A DNA stretch of 64,000 nt, taken from the NCBI GenBank assembly GCA_013289265.1, contig JABDAH010000002.1, positions 8,581 through 72,580 on the forward strand. Direction: 5' to 3'. Position numbers and translations under genes: made by a program. The notes under the pieces are model-generated. The model was given only the letters and a program-made list of their open reading frames with translations. It ran no database searches and was not told the DNA's origin. Positions 25,951 to 35,476 of this stretch are shown in pieces. The stretch's first letter is position 1, and each line of letters opens with the position of its first letter. The DNA is from Alphaproteobacteria bacterium. GTDB lineage: Bacteria > Pseudomonadota > Alphaproteobacteria > UBA9219.

Positions 25951-27983
25951 GTAAAACCACCGAACATCGCCCCCTGTTTTCGCTTGCCTTGCTGCGTGAT
26001 GCGACTATCGGCGCCTTTATCAAGCTGAATCCGGAGAAGTTAATTCGCAATCCGGTGATGTTTACCGTCGGCGTGACCAGCGCGATGGCATCACTTATCA
26101 CCCTTTGCGAAGCTGCTACCGGCAAATCTTACAGCTTTAGCTTGCAGATTGCGCTGTGGCTGTGGTTCACCGTTTTGTTCGGCAACTTTGCCGAAGCCGT
26201 TGCCGAAGGACGCGGTAAAGCCCAAGCCGACAGTTTGCGCAAAACCAAGACTGATACGACGGCCAAGAAAGTTGACAGTATCGGCGCGAAAGATTTCACA
26301 CCTGTAGCAGCAACCACCCTGCGCCGCGGCGATTTAATTGTGGCGGAAGCAGGCGATATTATTCCCGGCGACGGCGACGTCGTTCACGGCATCGCCACCG
26401 TCGACGAATCCTCCATCACCGGTGAATCGGCACCCGTTATCCGTGAATCCGGCGGCGACCGTTCGGCTGTAACCGGCGGTACGCGTATTGTTTCCGACCG
26501 TATCATCGTTGAAATTCGCGCCAACCCCGGCGAGTCCTTCCTTGACCGTATGATCGGCCTTGTCGAAGGCGCCAAGCGTCAGAAAACGCCGAATGAAATC
26601 GCGCTAACTATCCTGCTGGTAGGGCTTACACTGATTTTCCTGATTGTATGTGTTACGCTGCAGGGACTAGCCGCCTATTCCGGCAAAATGGTTCCGGTGA
26701 TCTATCTGATCGCTTTGTTTATTACCTTAATTCCCACCACCATAGGTGGCTTGCTATCTGCTATTGGTATTGCGGGCATGGACCGTCTGGTGAATTTTAA
26801 TGTTATCGCCAAATCCGGGCGGGCGGTCGAAGCCGCTGGCGATATTGACGTTCTGCTGCTTGATAAAACCGGCACCATTACTCTCGGCAACCGTATGGCC
26901 AGTGAGTTCATTGCCGTCGGCGGTGCAACCGAAGAAAGCCTGGCCGAAGCGGCAATGGTATCGTCGCTAACTGATGATACGCCCGAAGGCAAATCTATCG
27001 TTCGCCTTGCTGAAGACCGCTTCAAATGGAACGGCGGCGCGCGCCATAAGCCTGATATGAATTTCGTCCCTTTCAGCGCCCACACGCGCATGAGCGGCGT
27101 TGATTTTGGCGAGACTTCCATCCGCAAGGGCGCACCGGATTCCATCCTTTATATGTGCGGCACCAGCGGCAGCGTCGAAATTACGCGCGCGATTGAACGC
27201 GTCGCCAAAACCGGCGGTACGCCTTTGCTGGTCGCACTCAATAAACGAATTTTGGGCGTCGTTCATCTAAAAGATATCATCAAGCCCGGCATCCATGAAC
27301 GTTTCATGACTTTGCGCCGCATGGGGATTCGTACCGTTATGATTACCGGCGATAATCCCTTAACCGCAGCCGCCATTGCCGCCGAAGCGGGTGTCGATGA
27401 TTTTCTCGCCGAAGCCTCCCCCGAAAAGAAACTCGCCCTCATTCGAAGCGAGCAAGCCAAAGGTAAACTGATCGCCATGTGCGGCGACGGATCTAACGAT
27501 GCTCCCGCTCTCGCACAGGCCGATGTGGGTGTAGCGATGAATACCGGTACGATGGCCGCGCGTGAAGCGGGCAACATGATCGATCTTGATTCCGATCCGA
27601 CCAAACTGATTGAAGTCGTCATGATCGGCAAACAGCTATTGATGAGCCGCGGAGCGCTCACGACATTCTCCATCGCCAACGATGTCGCCAAATATTTCGC
27701 CATCATCCCGGCTTTGTTTATCGGTATCTATCCGAGCATGAATGCGCTCAATGTCATGCATCTGCACAGTCCCAAGAGCGCGGTTCTTTCAGCGATTATT
27801 TTTAACGCCTTAATCCTGATTGCGCTGGTGCCGCTAGCCCTTAAAGGCGTGAAGTATCAACCGGCCTCCGCCAGCACCATTCTGCGCCGCAATCTGTTGA
27901 TTTACGGGTTTGGGGGCATCATTGTGCCCTTTATTGCCATCAAGCTGCTTGATATGCTCATCAGCCAAACCATGGGTATCTAG
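25947..27983 (+). CDS. kdpB: K+-transporting P-type ATPase subunit B
   Basis: P-type ATPase motifs DKTGTIT, MITGDN and [14 protein letters not shown] overlap with kdpA. Confidence 0.95.
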   Translation: MSKTTEHRPLFSLALLRDATIGAFIKLNPEKLIRNPVMFTVGVTSAMASLITLCEAATGKSYSFSLQIALWLWFTVLFGNFAEAVAEGRGKAQADSLRKTKTDTTAKKVDSIGAKDFTPVAATTLRRGDLIVAEAGDIIPGDGDVVHGIATVDESSITGESAPVIRESGGDRSAVTGGTRIVSDRIIVEIRANPGESFLDRMIGLVEGAKRQKTPNEIALTILLVGLTLIFLIVCVTLQGLAAYSGKMVPVIYLIALFITLIPTTIGGLLSAIGIAGMDRLVNFNVIAKSGRAVEAAGDIDVLLLDKTGTITLGNRMASEFIAVGGATEESLAEAAMVSSLTDDTPEGKSIVRLAEDRFKWNGGARHKPDMNFVPFSAHTRMSGVDFGETSIRKGAPDSILYMCGTSGSVEITRAIERVAKTGGTPLLVALNKRILGVVHLKDIIKPGIHERFMTLRRMGIRTVMITGDNPLTAAAIAAEAGVDDFLAEASPEKKLALIRSEQAKGKLIAMCGDGSNDAPALAQADVGVAMNTGTMAAREAGNMIDLDSDPTKLIEVVMIGKQLLMSRGALTTFSIANDVAKYFAIIPALFIGIYPSMNALNVMHLHSPKSAVLSAIIFNALILIALVPLALKGVKYQPASASTILRRNLLIYGFGGIIVPFIAIKLLDMLISQTMGI

Positions 27984-27984
27984 T

Positions 27985-28560
27985 ATGTTCCGTGAATTGC
28001 GATCCAGCGTTAGCCTGTTTATCCTGTTCTTTGTCCTGACGGGTCTTGGCTATCCGTTCCTGACATTGATCCTCGGCCAGCAACTGTTCCCCCATCAAGC
28101 TAATGGCAGTCTGATTGAGACTAATGGAAAAATCATCGGCTCCAGCCTGATTGGCCAAAACTTCGCAGGTGCGGGCTATTTTCATGGCCGACCATCGGCA
28201 GCAGGAAATGGTTATGATGCCGGGAATTCTTCCGGCAGTAATTTGGGCCCGACGAGCGCCAACCTTCAGCAAGCTATCGAGCAGCGAGTCAATGACTTGA
28301 AAAAAGACAACAGCGTGCCAATACCCGTTGACCTTGTTACAACATCGGCCAGTGGACTTGATCCGGACATATCGCCGGACGCGGCGCAGTTCCAGGTGAG
28401 CCGCGTTGCGGCAGCACGACAATTAACCCTCGATCAAATTCAGGACATCATCAAGCAATCCACCACATCCCGTAGCCTCGGCTTTCTGGGCGATAACCGC
28501 GTGAATGTTCTGGACCTCAACCTTGCGCTTGACCGGTTAGGCAAAACGCCAGTCCCATGA
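27985..28560 (+). CDS. kdpC: K+-transporting ATPase subunit C
   Basis: ATG at 27985 (MFRELRSSVSLFILFFVLTG..), N-terminal TM, ..TSASGLDPDISP.. motif. The longer track start overlaps kdpB. Confidence 0.9.
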   Translation: MFRELRSSVSLFILFFVLTGLGYPFLTLILGQQLFPHQANGSLIETNGKIIGSSLIGQNFAGAGYFHGRPSAAGNGYDAGNSSGSNLGPTSANLQQAIEQRVNDLKKDNSVPIPVDLVTTSASGLDPDISPDAAQFQVSRVAAARQLTLDQIQDIIKQSTTSRSLGFLGDNRVNVLDLNLALDRLGKTPVP

Positions 28561-31235
28561 ACGAAAACCACGACATTCGCCCCTCACCTGACGCGCTGCT
28601 GGAAGAAGCCCGGCGCGAACATCGCGGCAAGTTAAAAATCTTTATCGGCGCGGCACCGGGTGTCGGCAAAACTTATTCCATGCTGCGCGCTGCCCAAGCC
28701 CGCAAAAAAGAAGGCGTCGATGTCGTCGTCGGCATCGTTGAAACGCATCAGCGGTCTGAGACCGATGCCCTCAGCGAAGGGCTGGAATCCATTTCGCGCC
28801 AGACGATCAGCTACCGCGGCATTGATTTTCAGGAAATGGATATCGATGCCATTCTCCGCCGCAAGCCACGATTGGTTCTGGTGGATGAGCTGGCGCATTC
28901 CAACATCACCGGCGCGCGGCATCCCAAACGCTATCAGGATGTCATGGAATTGCTGGATGCCGGGATCGATGTCTATTCGACGCTGAATGTCCAGCATATC
29001 GAAAGCCTGAATGATATCGTCGCCCGCATCACCGGCGTCACGGTCCGCGAAACCATACCTGACAATATCGTGCAGACCGCAGATTCTATCGAACTGATCG
29101 ATCTGACGCCCGAAGAATTGCTGCAGCGCCTGAAGGAAGGGAAAGTCTACATTCCCGAGCAGGCTCGCCTTGCGATGAACCGTTTTTTCACGCCGGGCAA
29201 TTTAACCGCCCTGCGTGAACTGGCTCTGCGCCAGGCGGCAGAGCGCGTTGACGAGCAAATGGCCAGTTATATGCGCAGTCACGCCATCACCGGGCCGTGG
29301 CCAACCAGTGACCGCGTTATGGTTTGTATCGCAGGAGACGGACAGGCAAGCGCGTTGGTGCGTACAGCCAAACGCAGCGCCGAACGGCGTCAGCAATCCT
29401 CATGGCTGACACTTTATATCGAAACACACCATCACGCCGCCTTACCAGAAGCCGTGCGGCGCGATATTGCGCAGGCCCTGCATCTGTCCGAAAGTCTGGG
29501 CGGCGAAACAATTACCGTCGCCAGCGAAGATATCCCCGGCGAGATTTTACGTATTGCCCGCGAACGCAATGTCAGCGTCATCATCATCGGCAAATCGCAG
29601 CGCTCGACCTGGTCGAAATTATCGCGACCTTCGGTTGCATCCAGTGTTCTGGATATGGGGGGCGGTTTCGATATTCTGGTTATGAATGCAGGCGAAACCA
29701 AGCGCCGCCCAACGACAAATGGCGATATTCAAACGCCCGGCACATGGTTTACGCGCATCCAGTGGCCCGCCTATGTTCAGGCGACAATGGTCGTTATTTT
29801 CGCCAGCGCAATCGCGTGGGGCGTTGCCCGCATTGCTGATCTGCCAACATTGTCGATGATATACCTGATCGGCATTTTGCTGATATCGGTTGATCGCGGT
29901 TTTAGAGTTTCAGCCTATGCCAGCATTCTCAGCTTTCTTGCGTTCGATTTTCTTTTTACCGAGCCGCGTTATTCCCTCATCATTCAGCGTCATGAAGATT
30001 TCTTGACGCTAACTTTTTTCCTTGTCGTCGCGGTGGCGATCAGCCTGATCGGCGACCGGTTGCAACGGCAAATTCACGTTACACAACGCAATGCCGAGCG
30101 TACGCAGGCGCTGTACGATTTCAACAAAGCCATTGCCGCCGTCGCCGCGCTGGATGAAATTGTGCAAACGGTAGTGAGGCATATGGCCTCCAGCCTCAAA
30201 GCGCGCGTCGTTTTGCTGCTACCCCAGGGCGAAAGGCTGGAAGTCGGTGCCGCCTGCCCGCCAGAAACGCGCCTCGATACCGCATCAAACGCAGCAATGG
30301 ATTGGGCTTGGCGTCACGGCAGGCCCGCAGGTTTTGGTTCAGACACTCTGCCCGGCGCGCCTTATTACGGCTTGCCACTACGCAGCGGTAATGAAACCGT
30401 CGGCGTTCTGGCCGTACGCCCGAATGAAGGCAACAACCTCTCGCCCGATCAACTGCATTTCCTGACCAGCATGGCCAGTCAGTCGGCGATTGCGATTGAG
30501 CGTACCAAGCTTGTCACCGATATTGCGCAGTCAAGACTACAGACTGAAACCGAACGCCTGCGCGCCAGCTTGCTGTCATCCATCAGCCACGATTTGCGAA
30601 CACCGCTGGTTGCCATTCTTGGCGCGACAACCAGCTTACGTGATTACTGGGATAAGTTCGACGATAAATCGCGGCGCGATCTTTTCTCAACCATCGAAGA
30701 TGAAGCCGACCGGCTCAATCGCTTCGTCCAGAATTTGCTGGATATGACACAACTGGTTTCTGGCGGTCTCGCGCCAAAACGCCAGCCTATAGATGTTCAA
30801 GATCTTATTGGCAGTGCTCTAACAAAATTGCGTAAACAGCTTGGCGAACGCCCACTGCGACTCAGCATTCCAGATGACCTGTTATCGATTGATGGGGATT
30901 TATCGATTTTAGAACGTGTATTCGTTAACGTTATCGACAATGCCTGCAAATACGCGCCGAATGACCAGCCCATAAGTATTAACGCTCGCCGCGAAGCCAA
31001 TTACATAAGGTTAACGATTACGGATCGCGGTCCCGGCATCCCGGAAGAAGAATATGAGCGCGTTTTTGACATGTTTTACCGTGTTAAAGTGGGTTCCACC
31101 CCCAGCAGCGGCGCAGGACTAGGGCTCGCCATTTGCCGTGGCTTTATCGAAGCCCATGGCGGCCGCATCGCAGCGCAGCCCGGCCCCGACGGCGTTGGCA
31201 CCCAAATCGTCATACGGTTGCCGGTAGTCAAATAG
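28557..31235 (+). CDS. kdpD: Sensor histidine kinase KdpD
   Basis: N-terminal KdpD domain (KIFIGAAPGVGKTYSML), Usp-like region, four TM segments, H-box (SISHDLRTPL) and ATPase G-box. 892 aa. Confidence 0.95.
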   Translation: MNENHDIRPSPDALLEEARREHRGKLKIFIGAAPGVGKTYSMLRAAQARKKEGVDVVVGIVETHQRSETDALSEGLESISRQTISYRGIDFQEMDIDAILRRKPRLVLVDELAHSNITGARHPKRYQDVMELLDAGIDVYSTLNVQHIESLNDIVARITGVTVRETIPDNIVQTADSIELIDLTPEELLQRLKEGKVYIPEQARLAMNRFFTPGNLTALRELALRQAAERVDEQMASYMRSHAITGPWPTSDRVMVCIAGDGQASALVRTAKRSAERRQQSSWLTLYIETHHHAALPEAVRRDIAQALHLSESLGGETITVASEDIPGEILRIARERNVSVIIIGKSQRSTWSKLSRPSVASSVLDMGGGFDILVMNAGETKRRPTTNGDIQTPGTWFTRIQWPAYVQATMVVIFASAIAWGVARIADLPTLSMIYLIGILLISVDRGFRVSAYASILSFLAFDFLFTEPRYSLIIQRHEDFLTLTFFLVVAVAISLIGDRLQRQIHVTQRNAERTQALYDFNKAIAAVAALDEIVQTVVRHMASSLKARVVLLLPQGERLEVGAACPPETRLDTASNAAMDWAWRHGRPAGFGSDTLPGAPYYGLPLRSGNETVGVLAVRPNEGNNLSPDQLHFLTSMASQSAIAIERTKLVTDIAQSRLQTETERLRASLLSSISHDLRTPLVAILGATTSLRDYWDKFDDKSRRDLFSTIEDEADRLNRFVQNLLDMTQLVSGGLAPKRQPIDVQDLIGSALTKLRKQLGERPLRLSIPDDLLSIDGDLSILERVFVNVIDNACKYAPNDQPISINARREANYIRLTITDRGPGIPEEEYERVFDMFYRVKVGSTPSSGAGLGLAICRGFIEAHGGRIAAQPGPDGVGTQIVIRLPVVK

Positions 31236-31259
31236 GCTGTTTTGTGCTAGCTTTACCAT

Positions 31260-32003
31260 ATGCCGTCGCTGCCAACATTCCCGGAGCTTCGCATCCTGAT
31301 TGTGGATGATGAGCCGCATGTGCGCAAATTCCTGCGGCTGACGCTGCAGGCCGAAAATTTTAATGTGCTGGAAGCGGCAACGGCCGAAGAAGCCATCATT
31401 CTGGTTCACTCCGCCAATCCTGATTTGATGATCCTTGATCTGGGTTTGCCTGACATTGACGGACGGCAAGTAATCCATGACGTGCGCATGAAAAGTGATA
31501 TGCCGATTATCGTCTTGTCGGGCCGCACTGAAGACAGCGAAAAAATTGCGGCCCTCGAACAGGGCGCCGATGATTACCTCACCAAACCTTTTGCCATGCG
31601 TGACCTTGTCGCCCGCGTCCGCGCCGCCCTGCGGCAAAAATCTTTCCGCGAAGAATGGGATAATATCGATAGCGTCGAAACCGGCTCCCTGCATATCGCT
31701 TTGCATACGCCGGATGTTCGCCGTGATCATAACACCGTCGCGCTGGATGCTGAAGAATATGCGCTGCTGCGTTTACTGGCGCTGCATGGCGGCCGTGTTG
31801 TGACTAATGGCCATATCGAGCGCACCTTGTGGGGCAAGGAAGGCGAAATTGAGCAACATCAAAATTTACAAAAACGCGTCAGCACCCTGCGCCGGAAGCT
31901 AGAAGCTGAGCCTTCATTCCCGCGCTATATTGTGACGGAGCCCGCCGTCGGTTACCGGCTGGAAATGCTGCCACCGCACCCGGCTGAGCGTCCGCGACAA
32001 TAG
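31260..32003 (+). CDS. kdpE: Response regulator KdpE (OmpR family)
   Basis: Receiver domain (ILIVDDEP..LMILDLGLPDIDG..) and winged-helix C-terminus (..YIVTEPAVGYRL). Confidence 0.9.
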   Translation: MPSLPTFPELRILIVDDEPHVRKFLRLTLQAENFNVLEAATAEEAIILVHSANPDLMILDLGLPDIDGRQVIHDVRMKSDMPIIVLSGRTEDSEKIAALEQGADDYLTKPFAMRDLVARVRAALRQKSFREEWDNIDSVETGSLHIALHTPDVRRDHNTVALDAEEYALLRLLALHGGRVVTNGHIERTLWGKEGEIEQHQNLQKRVSTLRRKLEAEPSFPRYIVTEPAVGYRLEMLPPHPAERPRQ

Positions 32004-32100
32004 AAAACAAAGTGCTTTTTCATATAGCTACAGGTAAAGTTGACTATTACTAGGGCCGTAGTTAGCATCGGTTCGATTTTTGTTGTAAAGGAAAATTACG

Positions 32101-32589
32101 ATGCAAGATGTTGATACTCTTTTACAGCTAGGCCAAAAAAGACAAGAATACATATCGCAACTATTCCAGAAGTTCGGCGATTGGATTAAAAAAAGACAGG
32201 TTGCCGTCGCCTGGCAGGATCTACCTCCCCTCCTGACAGCTGTTAGAAAAATAACAGGTAAGAAACCAAGAGTATCAAACGACGAAGATTTCTTTTTTCC
32301 TGTTTCTATCCACACTGGCTTGACTATCAATGAGCCTGACTGGGACCGCAAAGATCCATTTAAAATACGATCAAGATACTGGCATAACGACTTTACATAT
32401 CTCCAGGAAACTTCGGAGCTGGTTATAAAAGCACGCGGTCATACAATGGTTTTACAGGCCGGTCATGAACTCGGAGATAAAGGAATTATTGGCTCAGATT
32501 GCTACCTCAAGGATAGAATTGTTGCCAGAGGACGAAGGAATATTGTCCGCTATTTAGAACGGCTCTCTACCGAAAACAAACTTGGCTAA
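32101..32589 (+). CDS. Hypothetical protein (162 aa), AT-rich orphan
   Basis: ATG-initiated ORF. No recognised motif. Lower GC by eye than its neighbours. Confidence 0.5.
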   Translation: MQDVDTLLQLGQKRQEYISQLFQKFGDWIKKRQVAVAWQDLPPLLTAVRKITGKKPRVSNDEDFFFPVSIHTGLTINEPDWDRKDPFKIRSRYWHNDFTYLQETSELVIKARGHTMVLQAGHELGDKGIIGSDCYLKDRIVARGRRNIVRYLERLSTENKLG

Positions 32590-32593
32590 CCCG

Positions 32594-33205
32594 TCACCGA
32601 ATGCGCGAAGTGGCGAAGTGGCTGAGTGACTTAAACAGGAACAGGCAACCTGTGCCGATGGCATAGGCGATCAGGATAAAAATTCCGTCGCGCTCCAGCA
32701 TACCAATCGCCAGAAACGCCAAACCTACGGACGGCGGCACGTTAAAAAGTGGAATCGGCAACACCACCATCACTGCCATGATCAGCGCGACCAGTCCATG
32801 CATACGGGTAAGCGCCGGATGCGTCAAAAACAAAAAGCGCGGCTTGATATAGCGCTCAATTTTCTCAACACCGTACAAGGCGCGGTCTAGCCCCTGCATC
32901 AATGGCCCGCGCTGAATGGTCAGGCGACGGATAAAGGCTGGAAATATCGGCGCATGAAAACCCAACACCATCTGCGCCGCCAAAATCACCATCGGCAGAC
33001 CAAAAAGGATGGAGATAAATGGCACCATGAATATGACGATGTTCAGCAACGCCAGCATCAGCAGCAGAAAAGCAAACCCCCTTACCCCAAACAAATGCAG
33101 GATGGAGCCGATACTGACGCTCTCTTCCTTCGCAGCCTTGTCCATCAGCATCCGCATGATATCGGATATGCGTTGTGGATTTTGGGAAACGGGCAAGAAT
33201 GACAT
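32594..33205 (-). CDS. exoD: ExoD-family membrane protein (exopolysaccharide synthesis ExoD)
   Basis: About 200 aa. Architecture and sequence are typical of PF06055 (..VSIGSILHLFGVRGFAFLLLMLALLN..GLPMVILAAQMVLG..LAIGMLERDGIF..). Confidence 0.7.
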   Translation of the reverse strand: MSFLPVSQNPQRISDIMRMLMDKAAKEESVSIGSILHLFGVRGFAFLLLMLALLNIVIFMVPFISILFGLPMVILAAQMVLGFHAPIFPAFIRRLTIQRGPLMQGLDRALYGVEKIERYIKPRFLFLTHPALTRMHGLVALIMAVMVVLPIPLFNVPPSVGLAFLAIGMLERDGIFILIAYAIGTGCLFLFKSLSHFATSRIR

Positions 33206-33217
33206 TACAAAACCAGA

Positions 33218-34072
33218 TTAAAGGAAAGAAGCTGTGAGCAGATAATTAACCGCCAGATCATTTTTACTGAGCTCGAAATCGCCCGTCAGCGGATTAAGCA
33301 CTAATCCTGTCAGATCGTGCGTTTGCAGGCCTTCGTCACTTAGGCGCTGCACCAGCTCCGACGGGCGGATGAATTTTTGCCATTGATGCGTACCACGCGG
33401 CACCCAGCGCAGGATATATTCTGCCGCTACTATGCCGAGCAGAAAACTTTTTGGCGTACGGTTCAACGTCGACATGATCAGCAAGCCATTAGGTTTCAGA
33501 ATTTTTCTGATGCCGGACAGAAAAGAATCCATATCCGCGACATGCTCCGCCACTTCCAGCGCCGTGATCATGTCGTATTTCCTCTCCCCTTGAGGGAGAG
33601 GAAGCAAAAACTTGGATTTAGCTTTAGCTAAATCCTTAGTTTTTGCAGGTGAGGGGTTCGCTCGCCGACCGCCCCCCTCCCTAACCCTCCCCGCAAGGGG
33701 GAGGGAATTAGCGCGCGCCAAATCTTCCACGCTCGCTATCAAGTAATTTATTGAAAGATGCGAAAGCTTCGCATGCTTTTGCGCAACGGCGATTGTTTTA
33801 ACCGAGGCATCAATACCAGTAACAGCCGCCCCTAACCGTGCCATGGGTTCTGCCATCAATCCGCCGCCGCAACCGACATCCAGCACCGACAGGCCTTTCA
33901 GAGACTGGCGGGAAGCCGGATTGCGGCCAAAATGCGCGCAAGCGCGGTCCCGCACATATTCGACCCGCACAGGATTAAGCCTGTGCAAAGGCCGGAACTT
34001 GCCCTCGGGATTCCACCAGTCCTCGGCATGGGCCGAAAATTGGGCAATTTCAGCGGTAGAAATGGAAGACAT
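33218..34072 (-). CDS. ubiG: Ubiquinone biosynthesis O-methyltransferase UbiG, carrying an in-frame ~43-codon repeat-derived insertion
   Basis: AEDWWNPEGKFRPLHRLNPVR, SAM motif (VLDVGCGGGLMAEPMARLG), ..YDMITALEVAEHV.., ..EYILRWVPRGTHQWQKFIRPSEL... The insertion NSLPLAGRVREGGGRRANPSPAKTKDLAKAKSKFLLPLPQGER lies between VEDLARA and KYDMI. Confidence 0.95.
   Translation of the reverse strand: MSSISTAEIAQFSAHAEDWWNPEGKFRPLHRLNPVRVEYVRDRACAHFGRNPASRQSLKGLSVLDVGCGGGLMAEPMARLGAAVTGIDASVKTIAVAQKHAKLSHLSINYLIASVEDLARANSLPLAGRVREGGGRRANPSPAKTKDLAKAKSKFLLPLPQGERKYDMITALEVAEHVADMDSFLSGIRKILKPNGLLIMSTLNRTPKSFLLGIVAAEYILRWVPRGTHQWQKFIRPSELVQRLSDEGLQTHDLTGLVLNPLTGDFELSKNDLAVNYLLTASFL
33580..33708. repeat. 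G/C-rich palindromic repeat element inside ubiG (three nested palindromes)
   Basis: cctctccc-cttga-gggagagg (33581-33601), ggatttagct-tt-agctaaatcc (33614-33635), and ccccctccctaaccctccccgcaagggggagggaat (33673-33708). Confidence 0.85.
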
Positions 34073-34073
34073 G

Positions 34074-34236
34074 GGGGCCAGAGGTTGGGGGCTAGGGTTT
34101 AGGGGCTGGAGTCTAGGATTAAGGTGATAACTTTAGCAAACTATATTCCGAGATAAACTCAATTCCAAAAGGCATTTCTTTCATTGTAAACTTTGCTATA
34201 ACCCCTAGTCCCTAAACCCTAGCCCTAACCCCTAGT
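34074..34236. repeat. Inverted repeat (about 25-30-nt arms, about 100-bp spacer) filling the divergent ubiG/lysC intergenic region
   Basis: Left arm ggttgggggctagggtttaggggct (~34083-34108) matches the reverse complement of ccctaaaccctagccctaacccc (~34207-34233). The arms are degenerate CCCTA(A/G)-type hexa/heptamer runs. Confidence 0.7.
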
Positions 34237-34240
34237 TCCT

Positions 34241-35473
34241 ATGTCCCTTCTTGTCCTTAAATTCGGCGGCACATCCGTAGGTGATGTCGAGCGCATTAAA
34301 AACGCCGCCGCCAAAGTCGAAGCCGAAGTTCGCCGTGGCCACAAAGTCGCCGTCGTGGTTTCCGCCATGGCAGGCGTTACCGATCAGCTGATCGGCTATT
34401 GCCGTTCGGTCTCCCCTCATCACAGCCCGCGCGAGCATGACGCCGTTGTTTCCACTGGCGAGCAAATCACGGCAGGCCTGATGGCCATGGCGCTGCAGCA
34501 GCGCGGCCTGAACGCGCGGTCATGGCAAGGCTGGCAGGTACCGTTGATGACGGACTCTACTCACAGCAAAGCCCGCATCATGGATGTGAAAGCGGAGTCG
34601 CTACTGAAACGTATTCAGGACGGTGAAGTCGGTGTTATGGCAGGTTTTCAAGGCATAGCAGGTGACGGCAGCGTCACCACACTGGGTCGCGGCGGGTCCG
34701 ACACATCGGCCGTTGCCCTTGCTGTTGCGCTTAAAGCCGACCGCTGCGATATCTACACCGATGTCGACGGCGTCTACACCACCGACCCGCGCATCGACAG
34801 CAAGGCCAGCAAGATCCCGCATATCTCGTACGAAGAAATGCTGGAAATGGCATCGCGCGGCGCCAAGGTTTTGCAGACGCGTTCGGTTGAGATGGCCATG
34901 CGCTATCATATGCCGGTTCAGGTTTTATCCACTTTTGCCAACGCCGTCGGCAGCGATCTGCCCGGCACGCTCGTTACCGATGGAGATGATACAATGGAAG
35001 AAAATATGGTTACCGGCATCGCCTACACCCGCGATCAAGCCAAGGTCACACTGGTCAAAGTGGCAGACAGGCCCGGCGTCGCAGCCGCCGTGTTCGGCCC
35101 CCTTGCCCGCGCTGGCGTCAATATCGATATGATCGTGCAAACGGCAGGCGATAATAATACCACCGACATCACCTTTACGATCAGCAAGAATGATCTGGAC
35201 CGCGCCAAGCAGGTTCTGGAGACTGAACGCGCCAATATTCACTACGACCATATCTCGGCAAGCAGCGGCGTGGTGAAAATCTCGCTTATCGGTGGTGGTA
35301 TGCGCAGCCATGCAGGTGTGGCGGCGACGATGTTCGAAACGCTGGCCGACAAGAAGATCAACATTCATGCGATCGAGACTTCAGAAATCGTTCTCGGTGT
35401 GTTAATCGCTGAAGAATATACCGAACTCGCCCTCCGCGCTTTGCATACGGCTTATGGATTGGACGCGAAGTAA
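34241..35473 (+). CDS. lysC: Aspartate kinase
   Basis: LVLKFGGTSVGDVERI.., VVVSAMAGVTDQL, GRGGSDTSAVALA, and two C-terminal ACT regions. 410 aa. Confidence 0.95.
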   Translation: MSLLVLKFGGTSVGDVERIKNAAAKVEAEVRRGHKVAVVVSAMAGVTDQLIGYCRSVSPHHSPREHDAVVSTGEQITAGLMAMALQQRGLNARSWQGWQVPLMTDSTHSKARIMDVKAESLLKRIQDGEVGVMAGFQGIAGDGSVTTLGRGGSDTSAVALAVALKADRCDIYTDVDGVYTTDPRIDSKASKIPHISYEEMLEMASRGAKVLQTRSVEMAMRYHMPVQVLSTFANAVGSDLPGTLVTDGDDTMEENMVTGIAYTRDQAKVTLVKVADRPGVAAAVFGPLARAGVNIDMIVQTAGDNNTTDITFTISKNDLDRAKQVLETERANIHYDHISASSGVVKISLIGGGMRSHAGVAATMFETLADKKINIHAIETSEIVLGVLIAEEYTELALRALHTAYGLDAK

Positions 35474-35476
35474 TTG

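Noticed and set aside
29324-29839. 171-aa Arg-rich ORF, and several 60-120-aa ORFs inside kdpD
   Set aside because: Out-of-frame overlaps of a well-supported kdpD. The composition is typical of off-frame translation.
31119-31730. 203-aa minus-strand ORF
   Set aside because: Antisense to the kdpD 3' end and kdpE. No motifs.
22270-33708. Possibility that the repeated palindromes form a CRISPR array
   Set aside because: The copies are isolated and 11 kb apart, one is intragenic, and there is no regular repeat-spacer periodicity and no cas genes.
34202-34236. Telomere-like CCCTAA/CCCTAAA repeats
   Set aside because: There are only about five degenerate units, they form one arm of an inverted repeat in a bacterial intergenic region, and no long array is present. 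This is not a telomere or a sign of eukaryotic contamination.
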